In this document: positions 1 to 10,802 of the stretch, in pieces
How positions within the stretch are numbered: the stretch's first letter is position 1
How the letters are laid out: each line of letters opens with the position of its first letter
NCBI GenBank assembly: GCA_040769165.1
Contig: JAXGLP010000002.1
Location: 194,657-258,656 of the forward strand
Length of the DNA stretch: 64,000 nt
Direction of reading: 5' to 3'
Origin: Armatimonadota bacterium
Lineage (GTDB): Bacteria > Armatimonadota > UBA5829 > DSUL01
The notes under the pieces: model-generated
What the model was told of the DNA's origin: nothing
What the model saw: only the letters and a program-made list of their open reading frames with translations
Database searches by the model: none
Made by a program: the position numbers and the translations under genes

Positions 1-55
1 AGTTCAGGGTGACGTCTGGCGGCGGCCCGGGGACCCACGCCGCCAGAGCGCCCGC

Positions 56-1219
56 TCAGCCAGCGGCTTTCGGCGTAATCGTGAAAATCAGCTCCCCGGC
101 GCCTATCTCCGAATACCAGATATCCCCGCCGCCGGGCGAGTTGGACGTCGTGGCGCCGTAGATGGCGCGGTAGGTGTTGTTGCCCAGATACTCCATCTCA
201 CCCGTGCCGTCAATTGTCGAGATGCCCAGAAAGTAGCAGTTCCTGTTCTTGTCGTTGTCCTTGCTGCCGTCGAGCAACACGGGACCTTCATCGCCCGAGA
301 ACCACGCCATCCCGTCGCGTGAGAACTGCAGAGAGGGCACATGCCGTCCCGAAGCGTCACCCGTGAAGGTGATGCGCACAAAGAGCGGGCCGCCCGGCGC
401 CTGGCGGGCGTATGCAAGCTGGTTGCCGAGCTGCGAGAATGCCGCGCCCTTCTCGCGCAGACGCCAGTCGAACGAGCGGGGATCTGCGCTGCGAATACGG
501 CTGTACCCGGTGAAGACGCCGTCCAGATTCACTCCCACGTACAGCCAGAACGGCCGCCTGTCTTTGTCCCACGGCACATACACCAGTTCCTGATGGTGCA
601 GCGCTGTGCTCTCGGGAGCATCCATATTCACCACCACGCCCCGCGCGGCAAAGCGCGTCCAGTCGCTGCCGTTGCGGCTTGTAAACAGCTGGATGCGATC
701 CGCCCAGGCGGCGGCCTTCCTGCCCGGAATGTCTATGGGGCCGCCTTTGGTGATCTCCACCTGCGTGTACAGGTAGTATGTGCCGTTGACCTTCATCACC
801 TCGGGCTCGAGGCAATTGCCGGCGTACCACTCGCCGGGCTTGCCCTGTTCGGCTCCGTTCCAGAACTCGGGCCTGTCGCGGGGCATGGTCCAGGTGCCGC
901 CCGCGCCGGCCGGCGAGACATACTGCATCACGTGGTCGCCATCGGCGCGCTCCATGCCCGGTCTCTTCCAGCGCCCGCCCGTGTACATCCGGTACCGGTC
1001 GCCGTCGCGTATGATATGCACGCTGTAGTCGTATGCGGGCTCTCCGCCGGTCAGAGGACGGTTGACCGCGGATTTCGCGCCATGGAAGACGCTCTTGAAA
1101 GAGATGCTTTCGATCTCCGGCAGATTGCTGAAATGCAGAGTGCTCTGTTTGTACGCGGGCGCGGCCTGTGCCGGAAAGGCCATCAGCGCAAACAACAGTA
1201 AAAGCACAGAATCTTTCAT
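56..1219 (-). CDS. Secreted hypothetical protein (387 aa), possibly a beta-propeller glycoside-hydrolase-like fold; function not established
   Basis: N-terminal signal peptide MKDSVLLLLFALMAFPAQA. Long ORF on the same strand as the downstream efflux operon. No family recognised with confidence. Confidence 0.5.
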   Translation of the reverse strand: MKDSVLLLLFALMAFPAQAAPAYKQSTLHFSNLPEIESISFKSVFHGAKSAVNRPLTGGEPAYDYSVHIIRDGDRYRMYTGGRWKRPGMERADGDHVMQYVSPAGAGGTWTMPRDRPEFWNGAEQGKPGEWYAGNCLEPEVMKVNGTYYLYTQVEITKGGPIDIPGRKAAAWADRIQLFTSRNGSDWTRFAARGVVVNMDAPESTALHHQELVYVPWDKDRRPFWLYVGVNLDGVFTGYSRIRSADPRSFDWRLREKGAAFSQLGNQLAYARQAPGGPLFVRITFTGDASGRHVPSLQFSRDGMAWFSGDEGPVLLDGSKDNDKNRNCYFLGISTIDGTGEMEYLGNNTYRAIYGATTSNSPGGGDIWYSEIGAGELIFTITPKAAG

Positions 1220-1271
1220 ATCAAACCGCTCCTGTGTGGATTGCAGAATACCGACCCGACGGGTTGATGTG

Positions 1272-1410
1272 CCCCCATAGCTTCCCGCTCTCGCTCATGT
1301 AGTAGAGCACCGGCGCCGCCATGCGCGACAGAAGCGTCGAAGCGACCTCGCCCGCCATCAGCGAGATCGCCAGCCCCTGGAAAATCGGGTCCATCAGAAT
1401 CACCGCCGCG
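1272..1410 (-). pseudogene. Duplicated 3-prime fragment of the RND permease gene (remnant)
   Basis: ORF 1221..1625 (-) encodes ...[41 protein letters not shown], nearly identical to the C-terminus of the intact RND protein encoded at 2687..2830. About 85-90% nucleotide identity over roughly 140 bp. The stop codon is lost in this copy. Confidence 0.5.
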
Positions 1411-1480
1411 GCCCGATCTGCTGCCACCCGGCCAGCTTCCAGCCGTCCAGGATCGCTGTGAAGCCGTGTTCGATCGTGTC

Positions 1481-2650
1481 CTACTTCTCCTGCGCCTTCG
1501 TCTGTTTGTCCCGTGCCGCCGTGACACTCGCCGCGATGTCGAACCCGAGCGGCTGCCCTGACGAGATCTTGCGCCGGGCGGACCTGACCGCGCTCTCGAC
1601 CCCCGCGGGGATGTTGCCGTTCCACCAGTCCATCCGCTCGCTGTAGAACCAGGTGTACTCGTCGCAGCTCGCCAGCGCCCAGTACGTGTTATGCTCCAGC
1701 ATATCCCGCCGCTCGCGCGGGCTCATGAAGTGGCTGAGCTGGGGATCGGTTCGCAGGTCGAGCGCCTGGTCGAGGTACACGGACATTCCGGCCTGCGTGT
1801 TGCGCGCAACCGTTGCTGCGTTGCCCGGCTGCACAAGATGCAGCGCGTCGTGAACGATGAACCTCCTGCTCCGGGCGAACTCCTGCTGGCCGGTGAAGTA
1901 GTACGCCATTTCGTTGCCGTCAATCACCGAGTCGCGGGCGGCGGCGATGGTGATGCCTTCCACAAACGGCACAAGCAGCGCCCAGTCGTGGTTCGGCCAC
2001 TCCGCCTGTACCTTCGCCACGTCATCCCCTGGCCGGAACTGTAGCGGCATGCTGATGCCGAAGAAGGTCAGGAGCTTGATGTCCGGCTTGCTGGAACGCA
2101 ACGCTCGCATGAACTGCTCGCCGCGCTTGCGCACCAGCGCCGCGACCTCTTCGTAGCTCTGTTGCCCGTAGCTCTCGCGCCAGCGCCAGGGGTTCGGGCC
2201 ATACGGCTCCGGGTCGAAAACCACCCCGACGCAGCGCCCGTCTTTGACGGCTTTCGAGACAGCGCGGAGATTCTGCTCGATCACATTCCAGTGTTCATCG
2301 TTCGCGAACTGCATGCCGTGCTGGTTGGCAGCGAAGAGCACCAGGAAGTTGTCCGTGAACTTCCCCCACCGGATTGCCTTCAGCACCTCGGTCTGCTTAT
2401 TGAGAGCCTTCTCGTCCCAGAGCTTCGTGTCGAAGGCGTGATCGAGCCCTTGCGTACGGAACATGATCCCGTCGAAGGGCTTCATCTCCATCTCGCGGAT
2501 GTGCTCGCGCACGAACTCCGGCGTGGGCGTATCCCATCCGTATTCAATGAGCTTCTTCAACGGCGTCCGCTCGGCCGTGGCCGGACAGGCGGCAATGACC
2601 GACAGTAACGCTGGAAGCCCAAGCGTGAACACCAGCAGCGCAAGTTTCAT
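1481..2650 (-). CDS. Secreted hypothetical protein (389 aa)
   Basis: Signal peptide [21 protein letters not shown]. The ORF sits exactly between the intact RND 3-prime end and its duplicated fragment. Confidence 0.55.
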   Translation of the reverse strand: MKLALLVFTLGLPALLSVIAACPATAERTPLKKLIEYGWDTPTPEFVREHIREMEMKPFDGIMFRTQGLDHAFDTKLWDEKALNKQTEVLKAIRWGKFTDNFLVLFAANQHGMQFANDEHWNVIEQNLRAVSKAVKDGRCVGVVFDPEPYGPNPWRWRESYGQQSYEEVAALVRKRGEQFMRALRSSKPDIKLLTFFGISMPLQFRPGDDVAKVQAEWPNHDWALLVPFVEGITIAAARDSVIDGNEMAYYFTGQQEFARSRRFIVHDALHLVQPGNAATVARNTQAGMSVYLDQALDLRTDPQLSHFMSPRERRDMLEHNTYWALASCDEYTWFYSERMDWWNGNIPAGVESAVRSARRKISSGQPLGFDIAASVTAARDKQTKAQEK

Positions 2651-2686
2651 ATCATTCCCTCCCGATCACCGGTTGCCGATCTGCCC

Positions 2687-5600
2687 CTACAGCTTCCCGC
2701 TCTCGCTCATGTAGTAGAGCACCGGCACCGCCATCCTCGATAACAGCGTCGAGGCGACCTCGCCCGCCATCAGGGATATTGCCAGCCCCTGGAAAATGGG
2801 GTCCATCAGGATCACCGACGCGCCGACCATAACCGCCGCCGCGGTCAGAAGCATCGGGCGGAAGCGCACCGCCCCGGCGTCCACAACGGCCTCCTCGAGC
2901 GGCATCCCCTGCTTGCGCCGCAGCTCGATGAAGTCCACCAGAATAATCGAGTTGCGCACGATAATGCCCGCACCCGCAATGAAGCCGATCATGGACGTGG
3001 CGGTGAAGAACGCCCCCATCATCCAGTGCGCGGGCAGAATCCCCACCAGCGTCAGCGGTATGGGCGCCATAATCACAAGCGGCGTCCGGAACGACTGGAA
3101 CCAGGCGACGACCAGAATGTAGATCAGCACGAGCACCGCCGCGAACGCCAGCCCCATGTCGCGGAACACCTCGTACGTGATGTGCCACTCTCCGTCCCAC
3201 TTCATCGCGTAGCGCGTGGTGTCGAACGGAGCCGCCGTCGAGAACCGCTTCAGCTCGTAGCCCACCGGCGTCTTCATCTTGCTGATCGCCCGGTTCATCT
3301 TGAGGATGGCGTACACCGGGCTCTCCTGCGAGCCCGTGACGTCGCCCGTAACATAGACGACGGGCTTCAGGTTTTTGTGATAGATGCTGAGGTCCTGCGT
3401 GGTGTCGCGCACCTGCACAAGCTCGCCCAGCGGCACCAGGTTTCCCGAAACCCCCTGCACCTGGATGTTGAGGATGTCCTGAAGGCTCGAGCGCTGTTCC
3501 AGCGGCAGCTGCAGGTGGATGGGCACGTCCTCCCTTGCTTCGGGGATATGCGCCAGGTCTCCGCCGCCGCCGCCCACCGCCAGCGCGATGGTGCCCGCAA
3601 TCTGCTCGGCCGATATCCCGCTGAGCGCCGCCTTCTCCCTGTCGGGGATAAGCTCGTACTTCTTCTGGTCCGCTTCCACGAACCAGTCCACGTCCGTCAC
3701 GCCCTCCGTGCTCTCGAAGACGTCGCGCACCTGCTTTGCTATCTTCCATCGCATCTGGTCGTCCGGCCCGTACACCTCCGCGACCAGCGTCTGCAGCACG
3801 GGGGGCCCGGGCGGAACCTCCGCCACCTTCGCGTTCGCGCCGTACCTGTGCGCGATCTCGTGCACCTTCGGCCTCACGGCTTTGGCGATGGCGTGGCTCT
3901 GGCGCTTGCGATGGTGCTTGGGCGTCAGGTTCACCTGAATGTCCGCGACATTGCAGCCCCGCCGCAGGAAATAGTGCCGCACGAGCCCGTTGAAGTTGTA
4001 CGGGCTGGCCGTTCCGGCGTAGGTCTCGACGTCCGTCACTTCGGGTATCGTCCGCAGGTAGGCGGCGATAGCGCCGGTTGCGGCGGCGGTCTGCTCGAGC
4101 GTCGTGCCGGCGGGCATGTCCACCACCACCTGAAACTCGCTCTTGTTGTCGAACGGAAGCATCTTCACGGTCACGAGCTTCAGCGGAAGCAGGGCGATGG
4201 CGGCGAGCAGCAGCACCAGCACCAGCAGCAGGAATTGATGCCGCTTCACGGCGCTCGACACGAGAGAAGTCATGAGCCGGCGGTACCAGCGCGTCGCCGC
4301 GCCCTCTTTCGCCGGGTCATGCTCGTCAGAATGCCCGCCGCCGTCTCCGGTGGTGTGCGAGCGCAGAAGCCGCAGCGCCGCCCACGGCGAGATGATGAAC
4401 GCAATCAGCAGCGAGAAGATCATGGCCGCCGTCGCGCCGACGGGAATCGGGAGCATATACGGCCCCATCAGCCCGCCCACAAACGCAAGCGGCAGAATGG
4501 CGGCGATGACGGCGAATGTCGCCAGGATTGTCGGGTTGCCGACCTCGTCCACCGCCTCCGACGCCACGTCCATAAGCGCGCGGCCCCTGTTTTCGGGCAT
4601 GCGGAAGTGCCGCACGATGTTCTCGACCACCACAATCGCGTCGTCCACCAGAATACCGATGGAGAAGATCAGCGCGAACAGCGTGATGCGGTTCAGCGTG
4701 TAGCCGTACATGTAGAACACGAGCAGCGTGAGCGCGAGCGTCACCGGCACGGCTATCGCGACGACGATGGACTCGCGCCTGCCGAGCGCAAAGGCAATGA
4801 GCAGCGTAACCGAGACGATGGCGATCATCATGTGAAGCAGAAGCTCGTTCGACTTCTCGGTGGCGGTCTCGCCGTAGTTGCGCGTAATGGTGTAGTGGAC
4901 GTCCGGCGGGATAACCGTCCCCTCCAGCGTCTTCACTTTCGCCAGCACATGGTGGGCCACGTTGATGGCGTTCTTGCCCTGGCGTTTGGCGACGGAGAGG
5001 GTCACCGCCGGGTATGTGCCCTTCGCGTCCGGGTGCATCCCTTCCTCGTGCGCCGCCTCTCCAAACGCGATGTTGACGTAGCTGGCGGGCTCCTCCGGCC
5101 CGTCCTCTATGGAAGCGACATCGCGCAGAAACACCGGCCCGCCGCTTCCCGCGCCCACCACTACGCTGCCCACGTCCTCCGGCGTCCTCAGGAATTCGCC
5201 CGTCTGCACGGCGAAGTTGTAGTTGCCGCTGGCGATGTGCCCGGTCGGGTACTGCGTGTTCGCGCCCTTCAACGCCTGCTGCACCGCTCCCGGCGAAAGG
5301 CCGTGCCCGGAGAGCTTCGACGCGTCGAGCGTCACCCGCACCTGCCGCCTCTGCCCGCCGATGATCGCCGTTTCCGAGACATCGGCGACTGCCTTCACCT
5401 CCGAGTCCACCCGCGACGCGAGCCGCCTGAGCTGGTATCCGTTGTAGCCCTTGCCCCAGAACGTGAGGGCAAGAATCGGGACGTCGTCAATGGATCGCGG
5501 CTTGACGAGAGGCTGGCTCACGCCCGGCGGAATTTTGTCGAAGTTCGAGTAGAGCTTGTTGTAGATCTTGACGATGCTGTCTTCGTTGTCCTGGCCCACC

Positions 5601-5908
5601 AGAAACCGGACGATCGTCATGGAGCCGCCCGCGCTCGAAGTCGAGTAGACGTACTCCACCCCCGGAATCTCCCAGATCAGCTTCTCCATCGGGGTGGTGA
5701 CGCGCTGCTCCACCTCCTTCGCGCTCGCGCCGGGGAACTGCACGAACACATCCACCATCGGCACAATGATCTGCGGCTCTTCTTCGCGGGGGGTCATCAC
5801 GACCGCAAAGAGCCCCAGAAGCACGGATGCCGTGATGATAAGGGGCGTCAGCTTGGAGTCTATGAAGTAGTGGGCGATTCTGCCCGCGAGGCCGAGGCGG
5901 TGCTGCAT
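2687..5908 (-). CDS. Efflux RND transporter permease subunit (AcrB/CzcA superfamily), 1073 aa
   Basis: Length, 12-TM architecture with two large periplasmic loops, and the conserved N-terminal TM1 region. It directly follows the MFP gene with a 1-nt overlap. Confidence 0.9.
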   Translation of the reverse strand: MQHRLGLAGRIAHYFIDSKLTPLIITASVLLGLFAVVMTPREEEPQIIVPMVDVFVQFPGASAKEVEQRVTTPMEKLIWEIPGVEYVYSTSSAGGSMTIVRFLVGQDNEDSIVKIYNKLYSNFDKIPPGVSQPLVKPRSIDDVPILALTFWGKGYNGYQLRRLASRVDSEVKAVADVSETAIIGGQRRQVRVTLDASKLSGHGLSPGAVQQALKGANTQYPTGHIASGNYNFAVQTGEFLRTPEDVGSVVVGAGSGGPVFLRDVASIEDGPEEPASYVNIAFGEAAHEEGMHPDAKGTYPAVTLSVAKRQGKNAINVAHHVLAKVKTLEGTVIPPDVHYTITRNYGETATEKSNELLLHMMIAIVSVTLLIAFALGRRESIVVAIAVPVTLALTLLVFYMYGYTLNRITLFALIFSIGILVDDAIVVVENIVRHFRMPENRGRALMDVASEAVDEVGNPTILATFAVIAAILPLAFVGGLMGPYMLPIPVGATAAMIFSLLIAFIISPWAALRLLRSHTTGDGGGHSDEHDPAKEGAATRWYRRLMTSLVSSAVKRHQFLLLVLVLLLAAIALLPLKLVTVKMLPFDNKSEFQVVVDMPAGTTLEQTAAATGAIAAYLRTIPEVTDVETYAGTASPYNFNGLVRHYFLRRGCNVADIQVNLTPKHHRKRQSHAIAKAVRPKVHEIAHRYGANAKVAEVPPGPPVLQTLVAEVYGPDDQMRWKIAKQVRDVFESTEGVTDVDWFVEADQKKYELIPDREKAALSGISAEQIAGTIALAVGGGGGDLAHIPEAREDVPIHLQLPLEQRSSLQDILNIQVQGVSGNLVPLGELVQVRDTTQDLSIYHKNLKPVVYVTGDVTGSQESPVYAILKMNRAISKMKTPVGYELKRFSTAAPFDTTRYAMKWDGEWHITYEVFRDMGLAFAAVLVLIYILVVAWFQSFRTPLVIMAPIPLTLVGILPAHWMMGAFFTATSMIGFIAGAGIIVRNSIILVDFIELRRKQGMPLEEAVVDAGAVRFRPMLLTAAAVMVGASVILMDPIFQGLAISLMAGEVASTLLSRMAVPVLYYMSESGKL

Positions 5909-7368
5909 TATCTGTCCTCGGCCCGCACCGGGACGCCATCATCGAGCACGCCGGTGTTTTCGACAATGACGCGGTCATCGGGTTCGAGGCCCGATAGAAT
6001 CTCGATGCCGTCCCCGGCCCGCCGTCCGATCTTCACGTTGCGCATCCGCGCCCTGTCTTCGCCGTCCACGATAAAGACCGTGGGCAGGCCGCCCGTGTCG
6101 CGAAGCGCTTCTTCGGGAAGGATGAATCCGCTCGAGTAGCCTGCCGGGAAGCTGATGCGCCCGAACTCGCCCGAGCGCGCGCCGAGATCATCCGGCAGTT
6201 CCACCTTCACGACGAACTTCCGGCTCGACGGGTCTCCGGCCGGCGAAACGACCGCCACCGTGCCTTCGCCCGCCCTGCCCGCCGCTCCGATTCGAACCTG
6301 CACCTTCCTGCCGGGGCGAATGAGCGCCGCCGAGCTTGCGGGCACGTCTGCCTCGAGCCGGAACTTCGAGTCGGCCTGCACCGCGATGACCGGCACGCCG
6401 GGGGAAACCGTGTCGCCCGGATCAACCATCCGCCGGGAGACCACCCCGGACATGGGCGATGTGATGGTCGCGTAGCTGAGCTGCGTCCGCGAAAGCTCGA
6501 CCGCCGCGCGCGCCTGTTTTACCTGCGACTCGGCGACACGGGCGTTGCTGACGCTCATTTTGTCCTGCGCGGCCGATGCCCTTGCCAGGCGCAGGGCCTC
6601 CTCGGCCTGGCGCACCTGCTGCTCGGCTGCCCTGATCTCCTGCTGGCGCGAGCCTTCTTCTGTGAGGCTGGCCTGCTCCTGAGCCGCTTCGAACTGCGCC
6701 TTTGCGACATCGTAGGCGGTCTGCGCTGCGTCCAGCCTCTGCCGCGGGACGACATCCTGCGCCTGCAGGCGCTTCATCCTGTCGAGCTCGGTCTCAGCGT
6801 TCTTGAGCTGCGCCTCGGCCTGCACGACTCCCAGCCTCGCCTGCGCCCGCTGCTGCGAACGCGGCCCCGCCCTGACAAGCGAAAGCTGCTCCCGCGCTGC
6901 TTTCAGCGCGGCCTCGGCGGTGGCGATTCCGGTGCTGGTCTGGGCGGTCTGAAGCTCAATGGCGGTCCTTGCGCGGCCCGCCCCGGCGATGGCCGCGCTC
7001 AGGCCGGCCTCGGCCTGCGCAAGCTGCGCCCGCAGATCGCGCGACTCCAGCCGCACCAGCACCTGCCCCGCACGCACCCGATCGCCCTCGCGCACCAGCA
7101 CCGCCGCCACGTTGCTCATAATCTTGGGCGCGATTGTGGACTCGGTCACCGGGCGCACCGTGCCCGATGCTGTCACCTCGTCCGGCAGGGCGGATTTGCC
7201 GACGGTCACCGTCTGAACCGAGATCGCTTCTTGCGGAACGGCCTCGCCTTCGTGTTTGCCACCGCCGCGACCGAAGATCGCCCACGCGAGTATCGCGAGC
7301 ACAACAGCGCCCGCCGCCCAGAGCCACTTCCTGGCCCGGGCGGAAGGCGTACGAGAGCTTGAAGTCAA
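5908..7368 (-). CDS. Efflux RND transporter periplasmic adaptor subunit (membrane fusion protein, HlyD family)
   Basis: N-terminal TM anchor followed by long coiled-coil segments (repeated [10 protein letters not shown]..., QLKNAETEL) and a C-terminal beta-barrel. Positioned between DUF2892/OMF and the RND gene. Confidence 0.85.
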   Translation of the reverse strand: MTSSSRTPSARARKWLWAAGAVVLAILAWAIFGRGGGKHEGEAVPQEAISVQTVTVGKSALPDEVTASGTVRPVTESTIAPKIMSNVAAVLVREGDRVRAGQVLVRLESRDLRAQLAQAEAGLSAAIAGAGRARTAIELQTAQTSTGIATAEAALKAAREQLSLVRAGPRSQQRAQARLGVVQAEAQLKNAETELDRMKRLQAQDVVPRQRLDAAQTAYDVAKAQFEAAQEQASLTEEGSRQQEIRAAEQQVRQAEEALRLARASAAQDKMSVSNARVAESQVKQARAAVELSRTQLSYATITSPMSGVVSRRMVDPGDTVSPGVPVIAVQADSKFRLEADVPASSAALIRPGRKVQVRIGAAGRAGEGTVAVVSPAGDPSSRKFVVKVELPDDLGARSGEFGRISFPAGYSSGFILPEEALRDTGGLPTVFIVDGEDRARMRNVKIGRRAGDGIEILSGLEPDDRVIVENTGVLDDGVPVRAEDR

Positions 7369-7381
7369 AGGTTTTTCTCCC

Positions 7382-7567
7382 CTATTTGAGACCAGCGGCC
7401 CTGAGAATGGCCATCATCGGGCACCAGTTCGTGAAGCCGGATTGAAACAGGTTCAGCCCGACGAACGCGGTGAACCAGTACCAGTTCGGGTTCACGGTGT
7501 AGCCCAGCACGACACTCAGCATTATGAAGACGCCCGCGATCAGGCGCAGCGCTCTTTCAACCGTCAT
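7382..7567 (-). CDS. DUF2892 family small inner-membrane protein (61 aa)
   Basis: Sequence MTVERALRLIAGVFIMLSVVLGYTVNPNWYWFTAFVGLNLFQSGFTNWCPMMAIL matches the DUF2892 (YgaP C-terminal-like) two-TM pattern. Tightly spaced between tolC-like and MFP genes. Confidence 0.6.
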   Translation of the reverse strand: MTVERALRLIAGVFIMLSVVLGYTVNPNWYWFTAFVGLNLFQSGFTNWCPMMAILRAAGLK

Positions 7568-7569
7568 TG

Positions 7570-8877
7570 TCAGTTCCTTCCCTTTGCTGTCAGGGCGCCG
7601 GTCTGCCCGAACGCCCGCAGGAGGTTCACTTCCGCGATTTTGACGTCATACTCCGCCGCCAGCCTTCCCGCCCTGGCCCCTGTGAGCGCCGCCTCGCCCG
7701 AGAGCACGTCGGTGAGCGGGGTGAAGCCTTCTTTGTAGCCGGCTTCCAGCGCCCGCAGGCTCTCCTCAGCGGAGGAAACCTGCGTGGCCGTGGCGTCGAG
7801 GCGGGCTTGCGCCGATTCGAGATTGAGCCGCGCCGAGCGCTGCTCGAACTCCACGTTTCGCTTCTGCGCTTCCAGATCTTGCCCGGCTTTGCGCGCGGCC
7901 GCTTGGGCCTCGCTGATGCTGGCGCGCGTCAGTCCGCCATCGAAGACGTTCAGCTTTGCGACGACGCCGGCCAGAAAAGTGTTGGATGTGCGGGGGAACC
8001 CGGCCCCGGAAGGCTCGTGGTAGTAGTCCGCGGCGAGCGCCACCGTCGGCAGCCGGCTCGCCTTTGCCGCCCGGACGCCCTCATCGGCCGCGCGCGCGGA
8101 CGCCTCCGCCGCCGCGATCTCCGGCCGCGATTCCAGCGCATCGCCGCCCGCCGGGCCCGGAACCTCGTCGGACGCCCCACTGGCGAGGGAGATCGCCGTA
8201 TCCGCCGGCAGACCGATGGCCGTCCGCAGAGCGGCGAGCGCAACGGCTGAGTTGTTCTCCGCCGCAATCAGGTCGGCCCTGGCGCCCGCAAGCGCCACCT
8301 CGGCGCGAAGGACGTCGGTCTTCGTCGCGACTCCTGTTTCGTGGCGCTTCTTCGCGGCATCGTAGCTTGCTTCCAGAGAGCGCACGCTCGCTTTGTGGAC
8401 GGCGGTCATCTCGCTGGCCTGCCGGGCGCGGAAGTAGGCCACAGCCACGTTCGCCGTGACGCCGGCCTGCGCGGCTCTCAGGCCGTGGCCGGCCGCCAGG
8501 TGGCCCTGCTCGGCGCGCCTGACGTTTGCCTGCGCCTGCCCGCCCGAGTAGAGCAACTGCTGCAGCTCGACGCGGTTCACGACGGTGCTGCGCTCCCAGA
8601 CGGGCGTCGCCCCGAACATTGTCGGGTCGCTCAGATAGCTGTAGCCGCTCTGCAGGCCGAGTGTCGGGTAGAGGGCACTTCTTGCTTTGCCGACGCCAGC
8701 CTCCGCGGCGTCGGCCGCCGCGCCCGCGCCGCCGATGAGCGGGCTCTTCTCCAGCGCCATCCGCACGGCGGTGGCCAGATCGAGCCCGGCCGCAGTGTCG
8801 GCGGCACGACAGACTGGCGCAACCGTGCACAAACCGGCAGCTATTACAGCGGCGATGAACAGGCGCATAGAGCTCAC
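7570..8877 (-). CDS. TolC family outer membrane efflux protein (OMF)
   Basis: Signal peptide, 435 aa, duplicated alpha/beta repeat structure typical of OMFs (LYPTLGLQSGYSY..., tandem coiled coils). First gene of the OMF-MFP-RND set. Confidence 0.85.
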   Translation of the reverse strand: MSSMRLFIAAVIAAGLCTVAPVCRAADTAAGLDLATAVRMALEKSPLIGGAGAAADAAEAGVGKARSALYPTLGLQSGYSYLSDPTMFGATPVWERSTVVNRVELQQLLYSGGQAQANVRRAEQGHLAAGHGLRAAQAGVTANVAVAYFRARQASEMTAVHKASVRSLEASYDAAKKRHETGVATKTDVLRAEVALAGARADLIAAENNSAVALAALRTAIGLPADTAISLASGASDEVPGPAGGDALESRPEIAAAEASARAADEGVRAAKASRLPTVALAADYYHEPSGAGFPRTSNTFLAGVVAKLNVFDGGLTRASISEAQAAARKAGQDLEAQKRNVEFEQRSARLNLESAQARLDATATQVSSAEESLRALEAGYKEGFTPLTDVLSGEAALTGARAGRLAAEYDVKIAEVNLLRAFGQTGALTAKGRN

Positions 8878-8980
8878 TCTCCAATCACAGGGATTGTTCT
8901 GGCTTGTTACCCTGCGTGACGCAGATTTCCTGCTTCCCGCAGGCTGATGGATGCAGGCGCAGGCCGCGGAGGCCAGGCAA

Positions 8981-9020
8981 GGAAAAGGCCGGGCCGGGGT
9001 GCGTAACCCACGGCCCGGCC
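8981..9020 (-). terminator. Candidate rho-independent terminator downstream of the second LTXXQ gene
   Basis: Perfect 10-bp GC stem GGCCGGGCCG ... CGGCCCGGCC with a 14-nt loop, followed on the minus strand by TTTTCCTT. Lies between the LTXXQ gene (ends 9046) and the tolC-like start (8877). Confidence 0.4.
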
Positions 9021-9045
9021 GGAAGTTTCACGAAACGATCGGAAT

Positions 9046-9678
9046 CTAGCGAGCCTGGCGGCCAGCGCCCTGTCCAGCTCCGCATGGGCCGCGGCCCATG
9101 CCCTGTCCGGCTCCGCAGGCGCCTTTGCCCTTACCCTGGGCCATTCCGGCGCAGCAGGGGCCTTTGCCCATGCCCTGGCCGGCGATGCAGGCTCCCGCGC
9201 CCTGGCCGAGCCCCGCGCCGCAGGGACCGCGCCCCAGGGCGGGTCCGCCGATCCCGGCGCCGGTGCCACAGCCATACTGGGCGCACTTGGCGCGCTGTTC
9301 CGGCGTGAGCACGTTCTGAACCGCAGCCTGCGCGCCGGCGCACCGCTCGGAAACCTGCGCGCGGATCTGGTTGGCCTCAGCCGTCTTCTGGTTGATCAGC
9401 GCCACGTTCGGGTGGGGCTGCGCCTGAAGCTGGGCTATCTCTCTCATGCGGGCCTGGAGATCGGCCCGAAGGTCCGCCGTGTCATTCATGCAGGCATTGC
9501 GAATGCCCGCGATCTGGTCAATCTGGGCCTGCGAAAGCCCGAGCGCCGTCTGGCAGGCGAGCGGCGCGCCGGCAGGCGGTCCCTGCTGCTGCTTTCCAGC
9601 GCGCCCCTGCGCCATCGCCGCGACGGCGCTGAGAGCGACCAGCAATACCAGTGCGTAGATAAGAGTCTTCTTGCTCAT
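9046..9678 (-). CDS. Spy/CpxP/ZraP-like periplasmic LTXXQ-motif protein with Gly/Cys-rich repetitive C-terminal tail
   Basis: Signal peptide. LTXXQ-like motifs (LSQAQIDQI, LTPEQRAKC). C-terminal tail of repeats GxGxGPCGAGQGMG. Confidence 0.7.
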   Translation of the reverse strand: MSKKTLIYALVLLVALSAVAAMAQGRAGKQQQGPPAGAPLACQTALGLSQAQIDQIAGIRNACMNDTADLRADLQARMREIAQLQAQPHPNVALINQKTAEANQIRAQVSERCAGAQAAVQNVLTPEQRAKCAQYGCGTGAGIGGPALGRGPCGAGLGQGAGACIAGQGMGKGPCCAGMAQGKGKGACGAGQGMGRGPCGAGQGAGRQAR

Positions 9679-9693
9679 TGGTTGATATGTCCT

Positions 9694-10218
9694 TTACTTG
9701 AGATGTCTCATCCATCCGGGACCCCCACCGTGTCCCTGTCCTCCGCCGAATCGCCCCATGCCGCCGCAGGCGCCCTGCTGGCAGAACCGCTGTCCGACCG
9801 TATCGAACAGCTTCGCCTGCTGTGCCTCCGAAAGCACGGGCTTGATATTCAGCAAGTACTCCGCGGCGCCGCGCTGTATGCGGGACTGAACCCGTCCGAC
9901 GTCTTCCAGCGCCGCGTCAATGTCTTCCCGGTCAGGCCGGGGCTGTCTGAGCGCGTCCATCAGCCTCGCGCGGGCTTCCTGCAAGTCCCCGCGGTCGGCC
10001 AACTGCTGCCTGCAGTAGTCCTCGCATACGGGCGCGATGCGCTTCTGCTGCTCGGGCGTGAGATCGAGAAAGCTCATCAGCGCCGTATTGCAGCGGCACT
10101 CGGCCGGGGGCACGCCATCGGCGGCACGGCGGGAAGTGATCGCCGCCGATACCCCGAACGATGCCGCCGCCAGGATGGCGAGCACAAGTGCGCCTGCAAC
10201 CCATCGAGTGGCGTTCAT
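9694..10218 (-). CDS. Spy/CpxP/ZraP-like periplasmic LTXXQ-motif protein (paralog 2), Gly-rich C-terminus
   Basis: Signal peptide. Motifs LTPEQQKRI and LSEAQQAKL. C-terminal GGMGRFGGGQGHGGGPGW. Overlaps the anti-sigma gene by 4 nt. Confidence 0.7.
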   Translation of the reverse strand: MNATRWVAGALVLAILAAASFGVSAAITSRRAADGVPPAECRCNTALMSFLDLTPEQQKRIAPVCEDYCRQQLADRGDLQEARARLMDALRQPRPDREDIDAALEDVGRVQSRIQRGAAEYLLNIKPVLSEAQQAKLFDTVGQRFCQQGACGGMGRFGGGQGHGGGPGWMRHLK

Positions 10219-10802
10219 TGCGTCACCTGCCCTTCGGTTTCCAGCCCGGCGTCACTAATATGCAACGCCTCGGCCAGCCCGCTGTCAAAAGCATCGAGTC
10301 CGAGTGACGTCGCAACGGTGTCGGCGGACACGGTGAGAGCCGGCTGGTTACGGGCAGCGCTCCCGGCGCCGTAATAGACGCCCGAGAGGCTGCCGCCGGC
10401 AACCGCGGCAATCGCCATGGCCGCCGCCGCGAGTCTCGAAACGGGAGGAAAGAGCGACATCAGCGGGCTGTGGCTGCGAAGGCTTGCGCGTTCACGAATG
10501 TCTGCCATTGTGAACGCAGGCGCTATCTCGGGGACAACCCCGAGCGCGTCCGATGCACGCCGCAGAGACTGGCTCAGTCCCCGGCAAGAGTTGCACGATT
10601 CCAGATGGCTCCGCAGAAGCTCGGTCTTCGGGCTGTCAAGCTCGCCATCAATGTGCGCCGGGATAAGTTTTCTCGCAGATTTGCAGTTCATTTCCGCGTC
10701 TCTCACTATCTGTAACGTCACGGGCCCCCCGAAACTTGCGGCTCGCCCGCGTTTTTCTTCAGTCTTTCTTGCCGCCCGCGGGGTGCTCCGCCGCTTCGAC
10801 AT
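10215..10802 (-). CDS. Anti-sigma factor, zf-HC2 (putative zinc-finger) family, single TM
   Basis: C...H...H-x3-C-x2-C signature (CKSARKLIPAHIDGE...LRSHLESCNSC), followed by a hydrophobic TM segment (LAAAAMAIAAVAGG). Immediately downstream of the ECF sigma. True start may be the internal Met (MNCKS, about 10694), since the listed ORF overlaps the sigma gene by 44 nt. Confidence 0.65.
   Translation of the reverse strand: MSKRRSTPRAARKTEEKRGRAASFGGPVTLQIVRDAEMNCKSARKLIPAHIDGELDSPKTELLRSHLESCNSCRGLSQSLRRASDALGVVPEIAPAFTMADIRERASLRSHSPLMSLFPPVSRLAAAAMAIAAVAGGSLSGVYYGAGSAARNQPALTVSADTVATSLGLDAFDSGLAEALHISDAGLETEGQVTQ

Noticed and set aside
3026-6139. 1037-aa ORF on the plus strand
   Set aside because: Antisense to the unmistakable RND permease gene. 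The translated sequence is Arg/His/Pro-rich low complexity, typical of a GC-rich antisense frame.
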